DNA from: Coriobacteriia bacterium
Lineage (GTDB): Bacteria > Actinomycetota > Coriobacteriia > Anaerosomatales > SLCP01
Direction of reading: 5' to 3'
Assembly (NCBI GenBank): GCA_014859265.1
Contig: JACUUN010000003.1
Location: 836-64,835 of the forward strand
Length of the DNA stretch: 64,000 bases
Positions 16,499-27,235 of the stretch are shown piece by piece. The translations under genes were made by a program, and so were the position numbers. The stretch's first letter is position 1, and each line of letters opens with the position of its first letter. The notes beneath the pieces are model-generated. The model saw only the letters and a list, made by a program, of their open reading frames with translations. It was not told the origin of the DNA and ran no database searches.

Positions 16499-19400
16499 AT
16501 GGCCAGCCTCGAGCCGCCGTTCAGGGGCGAGCTGCTGAGCGCCGAGCGCATCGCCGACGCTGCACGACGTATCGCCCGCGCGCAAACGTGGACGACCGAG
16601 GCCCCTCCCGCTACCACTCCTCTCATCCCCTTGCTCCAGCAAGCCGCTTCATCGCTCGATTCCGACAACGCCGTACTCACCTCGGCAGTGCGCAGGCTTC
16701 ACCCGGTTTCTCCCGCCACCGAGTGGCTCCTCGACAACTACTACCTCATCGACGGGCAGGTGCGCGCGGCACGCCACGATCTGCCCGTGCACTACGGTGT
16801 CGAGCTCCCGCGACTGAAGGCGGACCCGCTCAAGGGCTTCCCCCGGGTATACGAGGCCACCGTATCGCTCGTGGCCTACACGGACGCTCGGCTCGATGCG
16901 GAGTTTCTCGGCAGGTTTGTCGAGGGGTTCCAGGACATCTCGCCGCTCACCATCGGAGAGGTGTGGGCGATCCCGATCATGCTGCGGATCGCACTCGTCG
17001 AGAACCTCCGGCGGCTCTCGGCCCGGGTGGTGGGCGCGTACCATGCGACACGCGCCGCCGACGAGTGGGCCGAGCGCCTGCTGCTCACTGCCCAGGACCG
17101 CCCCGACGACCTGCGTTCGCTCCTCGACGAGTTAGACACGGTCGCCGCCGACGCCACGCCCGCGTTCTACGTACGCCTCTCGCAGCGACTCCAGGGCGAG
17201 GGCGCCGGAGCTGAGGCGACGAACGCCTTCCTTGCCCGACGTCTTGTGTCAGCCGGGTACGACCTCGACGTTCTGGCACACCGCCTCCAGCAGGAGCAGG
17301 CCGCCGACCAGGTCTCGATCGCCAACAGCATCACTTCCGTGCGCTTCCTCGAGGCCTTCGACTGGAAGGGGTTCTTCGAGGAGACGAGCCTCGTCGAGCT
17401 CATCTTGCGCGAGGACCCCACCGGCGTGTACGCGCGCATGGACTTTCGCAGCCGCGACCGATACCGGCACGCGCTCGAGATGCTTGCGCGCCGCTGCCCG
17501 CTCGAGGAGACCGAGGTCGCGGAGGCAGCGGTGAGCTGGGCACTCGAGGGTGCCGACCGGGCTGATGGTGACCCGGCGGTCGGTCACGTCGGCCACTACC
17601 TCGTTGATGAAGGACGCGCCACATTCGAGGCCAGCATCACGTACTCCCCAAGCGCACGAGACCGGTTCGAGAGGGCTCTTCACCGGCACCGCAGGCTCTT
17701 CTACTGGGGCTCGATATCGCTGGTGACCGCGCTACTCGCCGCGCTGCTCGCCCTCTACGCGTTCATTATCGGCGCATCTGTTGCGGTGATTGGTCTGCTG
17801 ACACTCCTTGCGCTCGTCCCGCTCTCGGAGGTCGCGCTCACGGTCACTAACCGCCTCGCAGCAGCTGCGTCCCCCCCTCGCATCCTGCCTAAGCTCGACT
17901 ACCTCGAGCCGCTCGACGAGCCTCATCGGAGCCTCGTGGTCGTCCCGGCACTGCTGACGTCGGTAGAGTCGGCACGCTCGGTGCTCGACAACCTTGAGGT
18001 CGCCTACCTCGCCAATCGCGACGATCAGCTCGGGTTCGGGCTCCTCGGCGACTTGAAGGGCGCGGACGCTGAGCACCGGGAGGGTGACTCGGAGATCATC
18101 GAGGCAGCGGTGCGCGGAGTGGAGGAGCTCAACGAGCGCTACGCCGCCGATCACGGGCGGCGGCCCTTCTTCCTCTTCATCCGGGGGCGAACGTTCAACG
18201 CGACCGAGGGCACGTGGATGGGGTGGGAGCGCAAGCGCGGCTCGCTCGTCGAGCTCAACCACATGCTGCGCCACTCGCGCGAGACGTCCTTCACCCACCG
18301 GGTCGGCGACGAGTCATTCCTGGGCGGCGTCACCTTCGTTCTCACCATCGACGCCGACACCCAGCTGCCGCGCGACACCGCGCGCAAGCTCGTGTCTACG
18401 ATCGCACACCCCCTCAACCGGGCCCGGTGGACACCGGGCGAGCCGATCGTCCGCAGGGGCTACGGCCTCATCCAGCCGAGGGTCGGAATGGCCCTGCCAG
18501 CCTCGACGCGTTCCTTCTACGCTTGGCTGCACTCGGGCATCACCGGCATAGACCCGTACGCCGGGGCCGTCTCCGACACCTATCAGGATCTCTTCGCCGA
18601 GGGGAGCTTCACGGGCAAGGGCGTCTACGAGGTGAACGTCTTCGCAGGCGTGCTGGACGGCGCAATCCCTGAGAACACGCTGCTCTCGCACGACCTTCTC
18701 GAGGGATGCTTCCTGCGTGTCGGGCTCGCCTCGGACATCGAGGTGCTCGACGACTACCCGGCGACGTACGGCGCACAGGTTGCGCGGCTGCACCGCTGGG
18801 TGCGCGGTGACTGGCAGACGCTGCCGTGGCTCGGTGCGCGCATCCCACGTGAGGACGGCACCGCTCCCAACCCGCTGTCGGGGCTGCACCGCTGGAAGTT
18901 GGTCGACAACTTGAGGCGCAGCCTCTCCGGTCCCGCCATGCTGCTCCTGCTCTCGCTGGGCTGGGCGCTCCTGCCTGGGCCGGCATGGGCATGGCCCCTG
19001 CTCATGATGTTGGTCGTGCTCTTCCCGGTGTACTTCGACGCCGCGAATGGACTACTCTTCCGGCCCCCCGATGTGCCGTTCGCCCGGACGGCTTCGACGG
19101 TCTGGGCGAACTTCGGGCGGGACTCGGCTCGTACCCTGCTCGCCCTCGCGTTCCTGCCCCACCACGCCTACCAGATGATCGACGCCGCGATCCGGGCGCT
19201 CTGGCGCATGTGGGTCTCGCGTCGCAAACTGCTCGAGTGGGAGACCGCCGCCGACGTCGAGCGCTCGGTCGGCCAGGGGGTCTCCGGATATCTGCGCCGC
19301 CTCGGACCAGCAGCGGCCGTTGCCATCATACTGTTGCTGCCGGGGACGCTTGCCAGCCCGCTGCGCGTGACAGTAGCGGCCCCCCTTGTGGCGCTCTTCG

Positions 19401-22400
19401 CCGCGGGTCCCTTCCTCGCGTGGCGTGTCTCGCGTGCGCGCCCGGTCGAGCGCCCCCCGCTCGATCCTGCCCTCGTGCCCTCGCTGCGCCAGGTCGCCCG
19501 CGCCACCTGGCGGTTCTTCGAGACTTTCGCCGGCCCAGAGAGCAACTACCTTACGCCCGACAACTTCCAGGAGGATCCGAAGGGCGAGGTGGCCTACCGA
19601 ACCTCCCCCACCAACATCGGCCTCCAGCTGATTGCAGGGGTCACCGCGTACGACCTCGGCTACCAAACCCTCGGGCGTCTCGTAGAGCGGACCGCCGACA
19701 CGCTCTCGACCATGGCCGGCATGCGGCGCTTCCGCGGGCACTTCTACAACTGGTACGACACGCACACGCTCGAGCCGCTGCCGCCGCACTACATCTCCAC
19801 CGTGGACAGCGGCAACCTCGCGGGCCACCTCCTCGTGCTCCGCATGGGGCTGCTCGAAGCGTCCGAGGCCCCGCTCCTTGGCCCGCAGCTGCGTGCCGGG
19901 CTTGAGGACACCACGGCTCTCGCGCTTCACGACCTTGCCGAGAAACGCGAGCGTGTTGCACCTGAAGCTGCCGTGACAGCCGTGCGCAAGTGTCTCGAGG
20001 AGCTGCGGCGGGACGCAGCGCTCGCCGAGCCGCCGGCAGACGCGGCCGCCTGGCACGCGCTGCTCACACGGTGGCACGGTTTCGCCGAGAGTGCGGTCGA
20101 GCAGGCGGCCGGTCTTGATAGTCTGGCAGTCCCCACCGCTGCCGCCGACCCACTGCACGTCACCGATCCGGCGAAGCACGTCCGCGCGTCCGTCGGTGCG
20201 GTCGCCGATCTCATCACTGACGCCCTTGCGCTGCTCGAAACGTTCGCCCCGTGGGCCGAGTTCACCGCCGAGTTACCTCATGCGGTCGCCACCGACGTGC
20301 GCGACGCTGCGCTCGCCCCGCTGCTCGCGCACATGCCGAGCCTCGTCGGCCTGGCCGAAGGACTCGAGTTCGCGTTAGAGGCGCTCGACTCGCTCGTACA
20401 GGACCCACCCGGCGAGACCACCGGGGAGCGCGAAGCGGCCGCCGCGTGGGCCGCCGCTGTCGCGCACGGCCTGCGGTCGGCACGTTTGGCGTGCGAGGAG
20501 CTCCTCGGCCGGCTCCGGCTCGACGCTGACATGGCACGCGAGATGTGGGAGCACACCGACTTCTCGATGCTCTTCGACAAGCGCCGCCTGCTCTTCTCGA
20601 TCGGCTATAACACCGCCGAAGGACACCTCGACGACTCCTACTACGACATGCTTGCCTCGGAGTGCCGCCTCGCCTCCTTCCTCGCCATCGCGAAGGGCGA
20701 CGTTCCGCAGGAGCACTGGTTCCGGCTCGGCAGGCAGATCACGCGGGCCAACGGCGGACAGGCGCTGCTCTCGTGGAGCGCGTCGATGTTCGAATACCTC
20801 ATGCCGCTGCTCGTGATGCGCTCGTGGCCGATGACGCTGCTCGACCAGACATACGACGCGATCGTGCACCGGCAGATCGAGTACGGCCGCGAGCTCAGCG
20901 TGCCATGGGGGGTCTCGGAGTCGGCCTTCAACGTGCTCGATGCTCACCTTACCTACCAGTACCAGGCGTTCGGCGTGCCGGGGCTCGGGCTCAAGCGCGG
21001 GCTCTCCGAAGACATCGTGATCGCACCCTATGCGACCATCCTCGCATTGCCGGTCGCGCCGGCCGAGGCGCATGCGAACCTCGAGCGCCTCACCGCGATC
21101 GGAGCTCGGGGGCGCTACGGCTACTACGAGGCAGTCGACTTCACGCCCGGGCGCGTGCCTGCAGGTGAGAGGCGGGCAGTCGTCCGCACCTACATGGCTC
21201 ATCACCAGGGTATGACGCTCGTCGCGCTCGGCAATGCGCTCACCGCTGACCGGATGCGCGACCGCTTTCACGCCGACCCGATGGTCGCCTCGGCCGAGCT
21301 GCTGCTCCAGGAGCGCGCGCCCCGCGCGGTCGCATACACCACTCCGCACGTCGGCGAGGTCGAGGCTGTTCGCTCCGTCGAGGAGCTGCCGGTGCCCGCA
21401 ACGCGCACCTACCCGCTCGCGGACACGCCCGCGCCCGCGACTCACTTCCTCTCCAACGGCCGTTACTCGGTCATGGTCACCAATGGCGGCGGCGGGTACA
21501 GCCGCTGGAACGGCGTCTCGGTCACCCGCTACCGCGAGGACATCACGCGGGACTGCTGGGGGCACTTCTTCTACCTGCGCGACGTTGACAGCGGCGAGGT
21601 CTGGTCTTCGGCATACAACCCGGCGCCGAAACGCCCGGACGCCTACCACGTTACCTTCTCGGCAGACAAGGCCGAGTACCACCGGCGGGACGGCGACATC
21701 GAGACCCGCACCGAGGTCGCGGTCTCGCCCGAGGATGACGTCGAGGTGCGCCGGCTGACCATCTCGAACCGGGGACTCGGGCCTCACCGCATCGAGGTCA
21801 CGAGCTACTTCGAGATCGCGCTCTCCGACCAGGCCGCCGATCAGGCACACAAGTCCTTCTCGAACCTCTTCGTCGAGACCGAAGGGGTCGAGGCCCAGCG
21901 GACGCTGCTCTTCTCGCGGCGTCCCCGTTCGACCGCCGAGGAGCGGGTGTGGGGCTTCCATGTGCTCGGCTGCGAAACCGGCCTGTGCGCGTGGAGCTAC
22001 GAGACCGACCGGGCACGCTTCCTCGGCAGGCTCAACGGGGCGGCTGCGCCTGCGGCGGTGCGGGAAGGCGGGGCGCTATCGGGCACGGCAGGCGCGGTGC
22101 TCGACCCTGCGTGCGCGATTAGACACACGCTCGAGCTCGGACCGGGTGAGAGCGCGCGGCTCGCATACGTGACCGGCGTTGCGGCGACCCGCGAGGTAGC
22201 GCTCACTATCGCCGAGCGCTACCAGGACATCCGCACCGCCCAGCGCGCGATCGACCTGTCGTGGACCGCCGCGCAAATCGAGCTTCGTGACCTCGGCATC
22301 GGCGCCGAGGAGGGCGTCGTGCTGCAGCGACTCGCCTCGCGCCTGTTGCTCACCGACCCGTACTCGCCGCTCAAGGTGAAATCGCTCGTGGAGAACGGGC

Positions 22401-25276
22401 TGCCGATGGCGGGACTCTGGTCGCTCGGCATCTCGGGCGACAACCCGATCCTGCTCGTGCGCATCAAGGAGCCCGAGCACGCGCCGCTCGTGCGCCAGGC
22501 GCTCCTCGCCCACCAGTACTGGCGGCACAAGGGACTCGTCGCCGACCTCGTCGTGCTCAACACGCGGCCGACCGCATACTCCGATGAACTCGACGACCGC
22601 ATGCGCCTGCTCGTGCGCACCGGCCACGCCTTGCAGCTCGTGGACAAGCCGGGCGGGGTCTTCCTGCGCCGGACCGACCAGATGCACCCCGACGTGCTGA
22701 ACCTGCTCGAGAGCGTGGCGCGCGCGGTGCTCGAGGGCGATGGCGGCTCCATCGAGCTGCAGCTGAACCGCCGCGCCGAACACCCGGCCGACCCGCCCGC
22801 ATTTGAGCCGGCGGCCGAGCCGCGCGAGTTCGACGCACCGCCGTTCGAGCGGCCCACCCTCGACCATGACAACGGTCTCGGCGGGTTCGACCCGGCCACC
22901 GGTGAGTACGTCATCGTGCTCGAGGATGGCGCGACGACCCCCGCCCCGTGGGTCAACGTGATGGCCACGCCGGAGTTCGGCTGCTTGGTCTCGGAGGCCG
23001 GCATCGGCTGTACGTGGGCGATTAACAGCCACGAGAACCGCATCACCACCTGGAACAACGATCCGGTCTCCGACGGCTCGGGCGAGGCCCTCTACATCCG
23101 GGACGAGGAGACCGGCGAGTACTGGAGCCCCACGCCGCTGCCCTGCCGCTCGACGAATCCCTTCGTGGTGCGCCATGGGTTTGGCTATACGCACTTCGAA
23201 CACACTTCGCACGGCATCGCGCACAAGCTGACCTGGTTTGTGCCCGCCGAGGATCCGGTGCGCATCGCGCGGCTGCACCTCGCAAACGTCTCGGACGTAC
23301 CGAGGCTTCTCACGGCCACGCAGTTCGTCGAGTGGGTGCTCGGCTCGTCGCGGAGCAAGGCACAGCACCAGGTGGTCACGTGGTTCGATGCCGAGCACGA
23401 GACGCTCACGGCGCACAACCACTTCAACCCCGACTTCCCCGGCCGCCCGACGTTCCTGGCGTGCGACCGTCCGCTGCACTCGTGGACGGCGAGCCGTACC
23501 GAGTTCGTCGGCCGTAACCGCCGCCCCGCGTCCCCCGCCGCAATGCAGCGCGAGCGCCTCGATGGCAGGAGCGGGCGCTTCCACGACAACTGCGGCGCGA
23601 TCATGACCGAGATCGCGCTCGCACCCGGCGAGAGCGCGGAAGTCACCTTCCTGCTCGGCCAGGCCGACCGGCTGCAGGACACACGCGAGCTCGTCGCCCG
23701 CTACCGCACACCGGGTGAGGTGGGCCGGACGCTCGCAGGAGTGCGCGCGATGTGGGCCGAGATGTTCGAGACCGTGCAGGTCAACACGCCGGATCCCGCG
23801 CTCGACCTGCTCGTGAACGGTCGACTGCTCTACCAGACGCTCGCATGCCGCCTGTGGGGACGCACCGCCACCTACCAGTCGTCAGGAGCGCTCGGCTTCC
23901 GCGACCAGCTGCAGGACACACTCGGGCTCGTGCTCGCGAGGCCCGATCTGATGCGAGCGCAGATCGTCGAGGCCTCACGCCACCAGTTTGAACGGGGCGA
24001 CGTGTTGCACTGGTGGCAGCCGGTCTCCGGCCGTGGGGCGCGCACCCGCATCACCGACGACCGGCACTGGCTCGCTTTCGTGACCGCCGAGTACGTGGCG
24101 GCTATCGGCGACACGGGCGTGCTCGACGTGCGCACGCCCTTCATCGAGGCGCCCGAGCTCGAGCCTGGCGCCGAGGACGCGTACGTGCAGCCCGCAGTCA
24201 CCGAGAAGGCCGCGAGCGTCTACGAACACTGTGTGGCTGCGCTCGAGCTCGCATTCGAGGTCGGCGAGCACGGACTGCCGCTCATCGGCGGCGGGGACTG
24301 GAACGACGGCATGAACCGAGTCGGACACGAGGGCCGGGGCGAGAGCGTATGGCTCGCGTGGTTCCTCGACGTGGTGCTGCGCGCGTTCGCTCCCCTCTGC
24401 GAGCTGAAAGGCGAGCCCGACCGCGCTGATCGCTACCGCGAGCACGCCGCGCGCCTCGTGGCGGCGGCCGATGAGGCCGGCTGGGACGGCGGCTGGTACC
24501 GCCGTGCCTACTTCGACGATGGCACGCCGCTCGGGACCAAGGACGCCGAGGAGTGCCGTATCGATGCTATCGCCCAGGCGTGGGCGGTCATCTCCGGGCA
24601 GGGCGATCCCGCGCGTGCCGCGAGTGCGCTCGAAGCCGTCGAGGAGAAACTCGTGCGCATGGAGGACGGGCTGATGGCGCTGCTCGCGCCGCCGTTCGAC
24701 CGCATGCCCCACGATCCTGGCTACATCAAGGGCTACGTGCCCGGCGTGCGCGAGAACGGCGGTCAGTACACACATGCTGCCATCTGGGTGGCGCTCGCGC
24801 ATCTGCTGCGCGGCGGTGGTGATGAGGCCGTGTCGCTCATCGACCTCATCAACCCGATCAACCACGCGCTCGACGCCGAGGGCGTTGCCCGCTACAAGGT
24901 CGAGCCCTACGTGGTCGCCGCGGATGTCTATGCGGTGCCGCCGCACGTCGGGCGCGGAGGTTGGACCTGGTACACCGGCTCGGCATCGTGGTTCTACCGC
25001 GTGGCAGTCCAGTACCTGCTCGGCCTGCGCCTCGTGACCGAGGACGGCCGGAGACGCTTCACGGTCGACCCATGCGTGCCCAAGACGTGGCCCGGGTTCG
25101 AGATGGTGTATCGCGATGGCGAGACCACTTACCGGATCGCGGTCGAGAATCCTCGTGGCGTGAATCGAGGCGTGGCATGGGTCGAGCTCGACGGAGCTGT
25201 GCTCGACGAATCGCTCGTGCCGCTAGCCGCAGACGGCGTCGAGCACCGTGTGCGGGTCATGCTGCTGGGAGGGTGA
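16499..25276 (+). CDS. cyclic beta-1,2-glucan synthase (Cgs/NdvB/ChvB-like; GT84 glycosyltransferase plus GH94 phosphorylase-like domains)
   Basis: Single 8.8-kb ORF. It has N-terminal TM segments, a GT domain with IDADTQLPRD, a central region and a C-terminal GH94/cellobiose-phosphorylase-like (alpha/alpha)6 region (GGGDWNDGMN, ENGGQYTHAA). Size and order match NdvB. The start is uncertain: ATG 16499 is preferred, the track ORF starts at 16430. Confidence 0.9.
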   Translation: MASLEPPFRGELLSAERIADAARRIARAQTWTTEAPPATTPLIPLLQQAASSLDSDNAVLTSAVRRLHPVSPATEWLLDNYYLIDGQVRAARHDLPVHYGVELPRLKADPLKGFPRVYEATVSLVAYTDARLDAEFLGRFVEGFQDISPLTIGEVWAIPIMLRIALVENLRRLSARVVGAYHATRAADEWAERLLLTAQDRPDDLRSLLDELDTVAADATPAFYVRLSQRLQGEGAGAEATNAFLARRLVSAGYDLDVLAHRLQQEQAADQVSIANSITSVRFLEAFDWKGFFEETSLVELILREDPTGVYARMDFRSRDRYRHALEMLARRCPLEETEVAEAAVSWALEGADRADGDPAVGHVGHYLVDEGRATFEASITYSPSARDRFERALHRHRRLFYWGSISLVTALLAALLALYAFIIGASVAVIGLLTLLALVPLSEVALTVTNRLAAAASPPRILPKLDYLEPLDEPHRSLVVVPALLTSVESARSVLDNLEVAYLANRDDQLGFGLLGDLKGADAEHREGDSEIIEAAVRGVEELNERYAADHGRRPFFLFIRGRTFNATEGTWMGWERKRGSLVELNHMLRHSRETSFTHRVGDESFLGGVTFVLTIDADTQLPRDTARKLVSTIAHPLNRARWTPGEPIVRRGYGLIQPRVGMALPASTRSFYAWLHSGITGIDPYAGAVSDTYQDLFAEGSFTGKGVYEVNVFAGVLDGAIPENTLLSHDLLEGCFLRVGLASDIEVLDDYPATYGAQVARLHRWVRGDWQTLPWLGARIPREDGTAPNPLSGLHRWKLVDNLRRSLSGPAMLLLLSLGWALLPGPAWAWPLLMMLVVLFPVYFDAANGLLFRPPDVPFARTASTVWANFGRDSARTLLALAFLPHHAYQMIDAAIRALWRMWVSRRKLLEWETAADVERSVGQGVSGYLRRLGPAAAVAIILLLPGTLASPLRVTVAAPLVALFAAGPFLAWRVSRARPVERPPLDPALVPSLRQVARATWRFFETFAGPESNYLTPDNFQEDPKGEVAYRTSPTNIGLQLIAGVTAYDLGYQTLGRLVERTADTLSTMAGMRRFRGHFYNWYDTHTLEPLPPHYISTVDSGNLAGHLLVLRMGLLEASEAPLLGPQLRAGLEDTTALALHDLAEKRERVAPEAAVTAVRKCLEELRRDAALAEPPADAAAWHALLTRWHGFAESAVEQAAGLDSLAVPTAAADPLHVTDPAKHVRASVGAVADLITDALALLETFAPWAEFTAELPHAVATDVRDAALAPLLAHMPSLVGLAEGLEFALEALDSLVQDPPGETTGEREAAAAWAAAVAHGLRSARLACEELLGRLRLDADMAREMWEHTDFSMLFDKRRLLFSIGYNTAEGHLDDSYYDMLASECRLASFLAIAKGDVPQEHWFRLGRQITRANGGQALLSWSASMFEYLMPLLVMRSWPMTLLDQTYDAIVHRQIEYGRELSVPWGVSESAFNVLDAHLTYQYQAFGVPGLGLKRGLSEDIVIAPYATILALPVAPAEAHANLERLTAIGARGRYGYYEAVDFTPGRVPAGERRAVVRTYMAHHQGMTLVALGNALTADRMRDRFHADPMVASAELLLQERAPRAVAYTTPHVGEVEAVRSVEELPVPATRTYPLADTPAPATHFLSNGRYSVMVTNGGGGYSRWNGVSVTRYREDITRDCWGHFFYLRDVDSGEVWSSAYNPAPKRPDAYHVTFSADKAEYHRRDGDIETRTEVAVSPEDDVEVRRLTISNRGLGPHRIEVTSYFEIALSDQAADQAHKSFSNLFVETEGVEAQRTLLFSRRPRSTAEERVWGFHVLGCETGLCAWSYETDRARFLGRLNGAAAPAAVREGGALSGTAGAVLDPACAIRHTLELGPGESARLAYVTGVAATREVALTIAERYQDIRTAQRAIDLSWTAAQIELRDLGIGAEEGVVLQRLASRLLLTDPYSPLKVKSLVENGLPMAGLWSLGISGDNPILLVRIKEPEHAPLVRQALLAHQYWRHKGLVADLVVLNTRPTAYSDELDDRMRLLVRTGHALQLVDKPGGVFLRRTDQMHPDVLNLLESVARAVLEGDGGSIELQLNRRAEHPADPPAFEPAAEPREFDAPPFERPTLDHDNGLGGFDPATGEYVIVLEDGATTPAPWVNVMATPEFGCLVSEAGIGCTWAINSHENRITTWNNDPVSDGSGEALYIRDEETGEYWSPTPLPCRSTNPFVVRHGFGYTHFEHTSHGIAHKLTWFVPAEDPVRIARLHLANVSDVPRLLTATQFVEWVLGSSRSKAQHQVVTWFDAEHETLTAHNHFNPDFPGRPTFLACDRPLHSWTASRTEFVGRNRRPASPAAMQRERLDGRSGRFHDNCGAIMTEIALAPGESAEVTFLLGQADRLQDTRELVARYRTPGEVGRTLAGVRAMWAEMFETVQVNTPDPALDLLVNGRLLYQTLACRLWGRTATYQSSGALGFRDQLQDTLGLVLARPDLMRAQIVEASRHQFERGDVLHWWQPVSGRGARTRITDDRHWLAFVTAEYVAAIGDTGVLDVRTPFIEAPELEPGAEDAYVQPAVTEKAASVYEHCVAALELAFEVGEHGLPLIGGGDWNDGMNRVGHEGRGESVWLAWFLDVVLRAFAPLCELKGEPDRADRYREHAARLVAAADEAGWDGGWYRRAYFDDGTPLGTKDAEECRIDAIAQAWAVISGQGDPARAASALEAVEEKLVRMEDGLMALLAPPFDRMPHDPGYIKGYVPGVRENGGQYTHAAIWVALAHLLRGGGDEAVSLIDLINPINHALDAEGVARYKVEPYVVAADVYAVPPHVGRGGWTWYTGSASWFYRVAVQYLLGLRLVTEDGRRRFTVDPCVPKTWPGFEMVYRDGETTYRIAVENPRGVNRGVAWVELDGAVLDESLVPLAADGVEHRVRVMLLGG

Positions 25277-25375
25277 GGGATCGCTCCCAGGGACTGGATG
25301 AAGTCCGTGCACTTCTCGCCGGTTGTCAGGAGCTGTTTCGGGACATATATCTGAGAGAGCCGGTGGGAAGACCGC

Positions 25376-26587
25376 ATGGTGGGGGTACCGCGCATCATGA
25401 CTGACGAACACGGACCGTCGACCCTGTACGAACGTCTCGTCGATGCCATGCTCTCGCGCGGTCTGCCCGCTGGCAGCCTCGAGATCACGTGGCCGCGAGG
25501 CGGCACTACCTGGTACACCGGACGCGCTCCCGGCCCACATGCCGAGGTGACGCTGCGTGACAGTGACGCCGCGAGGCGGGCCGCCCGGGAGGGATCTCTC
25601 GGGCTTGCCGAATCGTACATGGCCGGCGAGTGGGACACCCCTGACCTGCGAGCGGTGCTCGACCTGGGCGCCGCGGGCCTCGCTGCCGGCGGCCTGCCCA
25701 GGGGGACGAGGCGCGCCTCGCTGCGCTCCCGGCTCGCGCACGCCCTGCGCTTCAACAGCCGGCGCGGGTCGAAACGCAACATCGCCACACACTACGACCT
25801 CGGCAACGACTTCTACCGCCTCTGGCTCGACGACACCATGACCTACTCCTCGGCGTGCTTCGAAGATGATTGCGCCAACCTCGCCGACGCCCAGCGGCGT
25901 AAGTGGGACCGGATCCTCGAGATCGCCGACCCGGACACCCGGTCGAGCCTGCTCGAGATCGGCTGCGGATGGGGCGGGTTCGCCATCCATGCCGCGAAGC
26001 AAGCCGGCTGCCGGGTGACCGGTGTGACGCTCTCGCAGGAGCAGCACGACTTCGCGAAGGCGCGCGTCGCCGAGGAGGGCCTTGAAGGCCGTGTGGAGAT
26101 TCGGCTGCAGGACTACCGGGACGTCCCGGACGTCTTCGACCGCGTCGTCTCCATCGAGATGTTCGAGGCCGTCGGCGAACGATACTGGCCGGTGTTCTTC
26201 CGGCGGCTACGCGAGCTCATGCGGGTGGGCGGGGCCGCGGCCCTACAAGTGATCACCATTCCTGAGGAGCGGTTCGAGGCGTACCGGCGCGGCCCGGACT
26301 TCACCCAACGCTACATCTTCCCGGGCGGCATGCTGCCGAGCCGGGAGCGCTTCGAGCGGGCGGCGCGGGCAGCGGGGCTCGTCCTCGGGACGCCGCACTT
26401 CATCGGCGATTCCTACGCCCGCACCCTCGAGACGTGGCTGACACGGTTCGAACGGGCACAGGCCGAGGTCGGCGCGCTCGGGTTCGACGATCGGTTTATC
26501 CGGATGTGGCGGTTCTACCTGGCCTTCTGCCGCGCGGGCTTCGCCTACCGCACGATCGACGTCATGCAAGTGGGGCTGCGGCCGTAG
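25376..26587 (+). CDS. cfa: cyclopropane-fatty-acyl-phospholipid synthase family SAM-dependent methyltransferase
   Basis: HYDLGNDFYRLWLD, LLEIGCGWGGFAIHAAK, SIEMFEAVG and YIFPGGMLPS are hallmark CFA/mycolic-acid cyclopropane synthase motifs. ATG at 25397 is an alternative start. Confidence 0.88.
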   Translation: MVGVPRIMTDEHGPSTLYERLVDAMLSRGLPAGSLEITWPRGGTTWYTGRAPGPHAEVTLRDSDAARRAAREGSLGLAESYMAGEWDTPDLRAVLDLGAAGLAAGGLPRGTRRASLRSRLAHALRFNSRRGSKRNIATHYDLGNDFYRLWLDDTMTYSSACFEDDCANLADAQRRKWDRILEIADPDTRSSLLEIGCGWGGFAIHAAKQAGCRVTGVTLSQEQHDFAKARVAEEGLEGRVEIRLQDYRDVPDVFDRVVSIEMFEAVGERYWPVFFRRLRELMRVGGAAALQVITIPEERFEAYRRGPDFTQRYIFPGGMLPSRERFERAARAAGLVLGTPHFIGDSYARTLETWLTRFERAQAEVGALGFDDRFIRMWRFYLAFCRAGFAYRTIDVMQVGLRP

Positions 26588-26624
26588 GGGTGGCGGCGAG
26601 CACGCGAGCCGATCCCGGACACGC

Positions 26625-26666
26625 AAACGCCTCTCCAGTCTGCGAGAGACTCGCGAAGAGGCGTTT
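26625..26666. terminator. hairpin terminator candidate between cfa and tRNA-Ile
   Basis: AAACGCCTCT ... AGAGGCGTTT, a 10-bp outer stem with an internal GTCTG..AGAC stem. A/T runs on both sides allow function in either direction. Confidence 0.5.
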
Positions 26667-26678
26667 GACTGCGATGGA

Positions 26679-26755
26679 TGGTGGGCCCGAGTGGATTCGA
26701 ACCACTGACCTCACGGTTATCAGCCGTGCGCTCTAACCAACTGAGCTACGGGCCC
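26679..26755 (-). tRNA. tRNA-Ile (anticodon GAT)
   Basis: GGGCCCGTAGCTCAGTTGGTTAGAGCGCACGGCTGATAACCGTGAGGTCAGTGGTTCGAATCCACTCGGGCCCACCA. Canonical cloverleaf, anticodon loop CTGATAA, encoded CCA. Confidence 0.93.
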
Positions 26756-26839
26756 TCGCCCGTCCGGGCGAAATGCTTCCGTACCATAGCCCAACGCCAG
26801 ATGAAGCGTCAAGCATCTCCCTGGTCAGAAAGTCGGCGC

Positions 26840-27235
26840 TCACAGCCTTGATACTCGCACCTCGATCCGGCGCGTCCTCGGCCCGTCGAACTCGCAGAAG
26901 AAGACGCCCTGCCACGTGCCGAGAGCAAGCCTTCCGCCCGAGACCGGCACGCTCGCCGAGGCCCCGAGCAGCGAGGCCTTCACGTGTGCGTCGGCGTTGC
27001 CCTCGGCATGCTGCCAGCCAGCCTCACGCGGAACGAACCTGGCTAACCCGGCGACGATGTCACGGGCGACCGAGGGGTCGGCCGCCTCGTTTACTGTGAC
27101 CGCCGCGGTGGTGTGCGGGCACCAGATGTGCGCGATGCCCTCGGCCACGCCGGAGGAAGTCACCGTCTCGGCCACGCGCTGCGTGACATCCACGAACTGC
27201 TCGCGCCGTTCGGTGCGAACCTCTATCACCGTCAT
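26840..27235 (-). CDS. YjbQ family secondary thiamine-phosphate synthase (UPF0047)
   Basis: 131 aa, MTVIEVRTERREQFVDVT...HTTAAVTVNE...GNADAHVKASLLG...G.WQ is the family signature. ATG preceded by GGGGGAGG. The longer track ORF to 27598 is an extension. Confidence 0.85.
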   Translation of the reverse strand: MTVIEVRTERREQFVDVTQRVAETVTSSGVAEGIAHIWCPHTTAAVTVNEAADPSVARDIVAGLARFVPREAGWQHAEGNADAHVKASLLGASASVPVSGGRLALGTWQGVFFCEFDGPRTRRIEVRVSRL

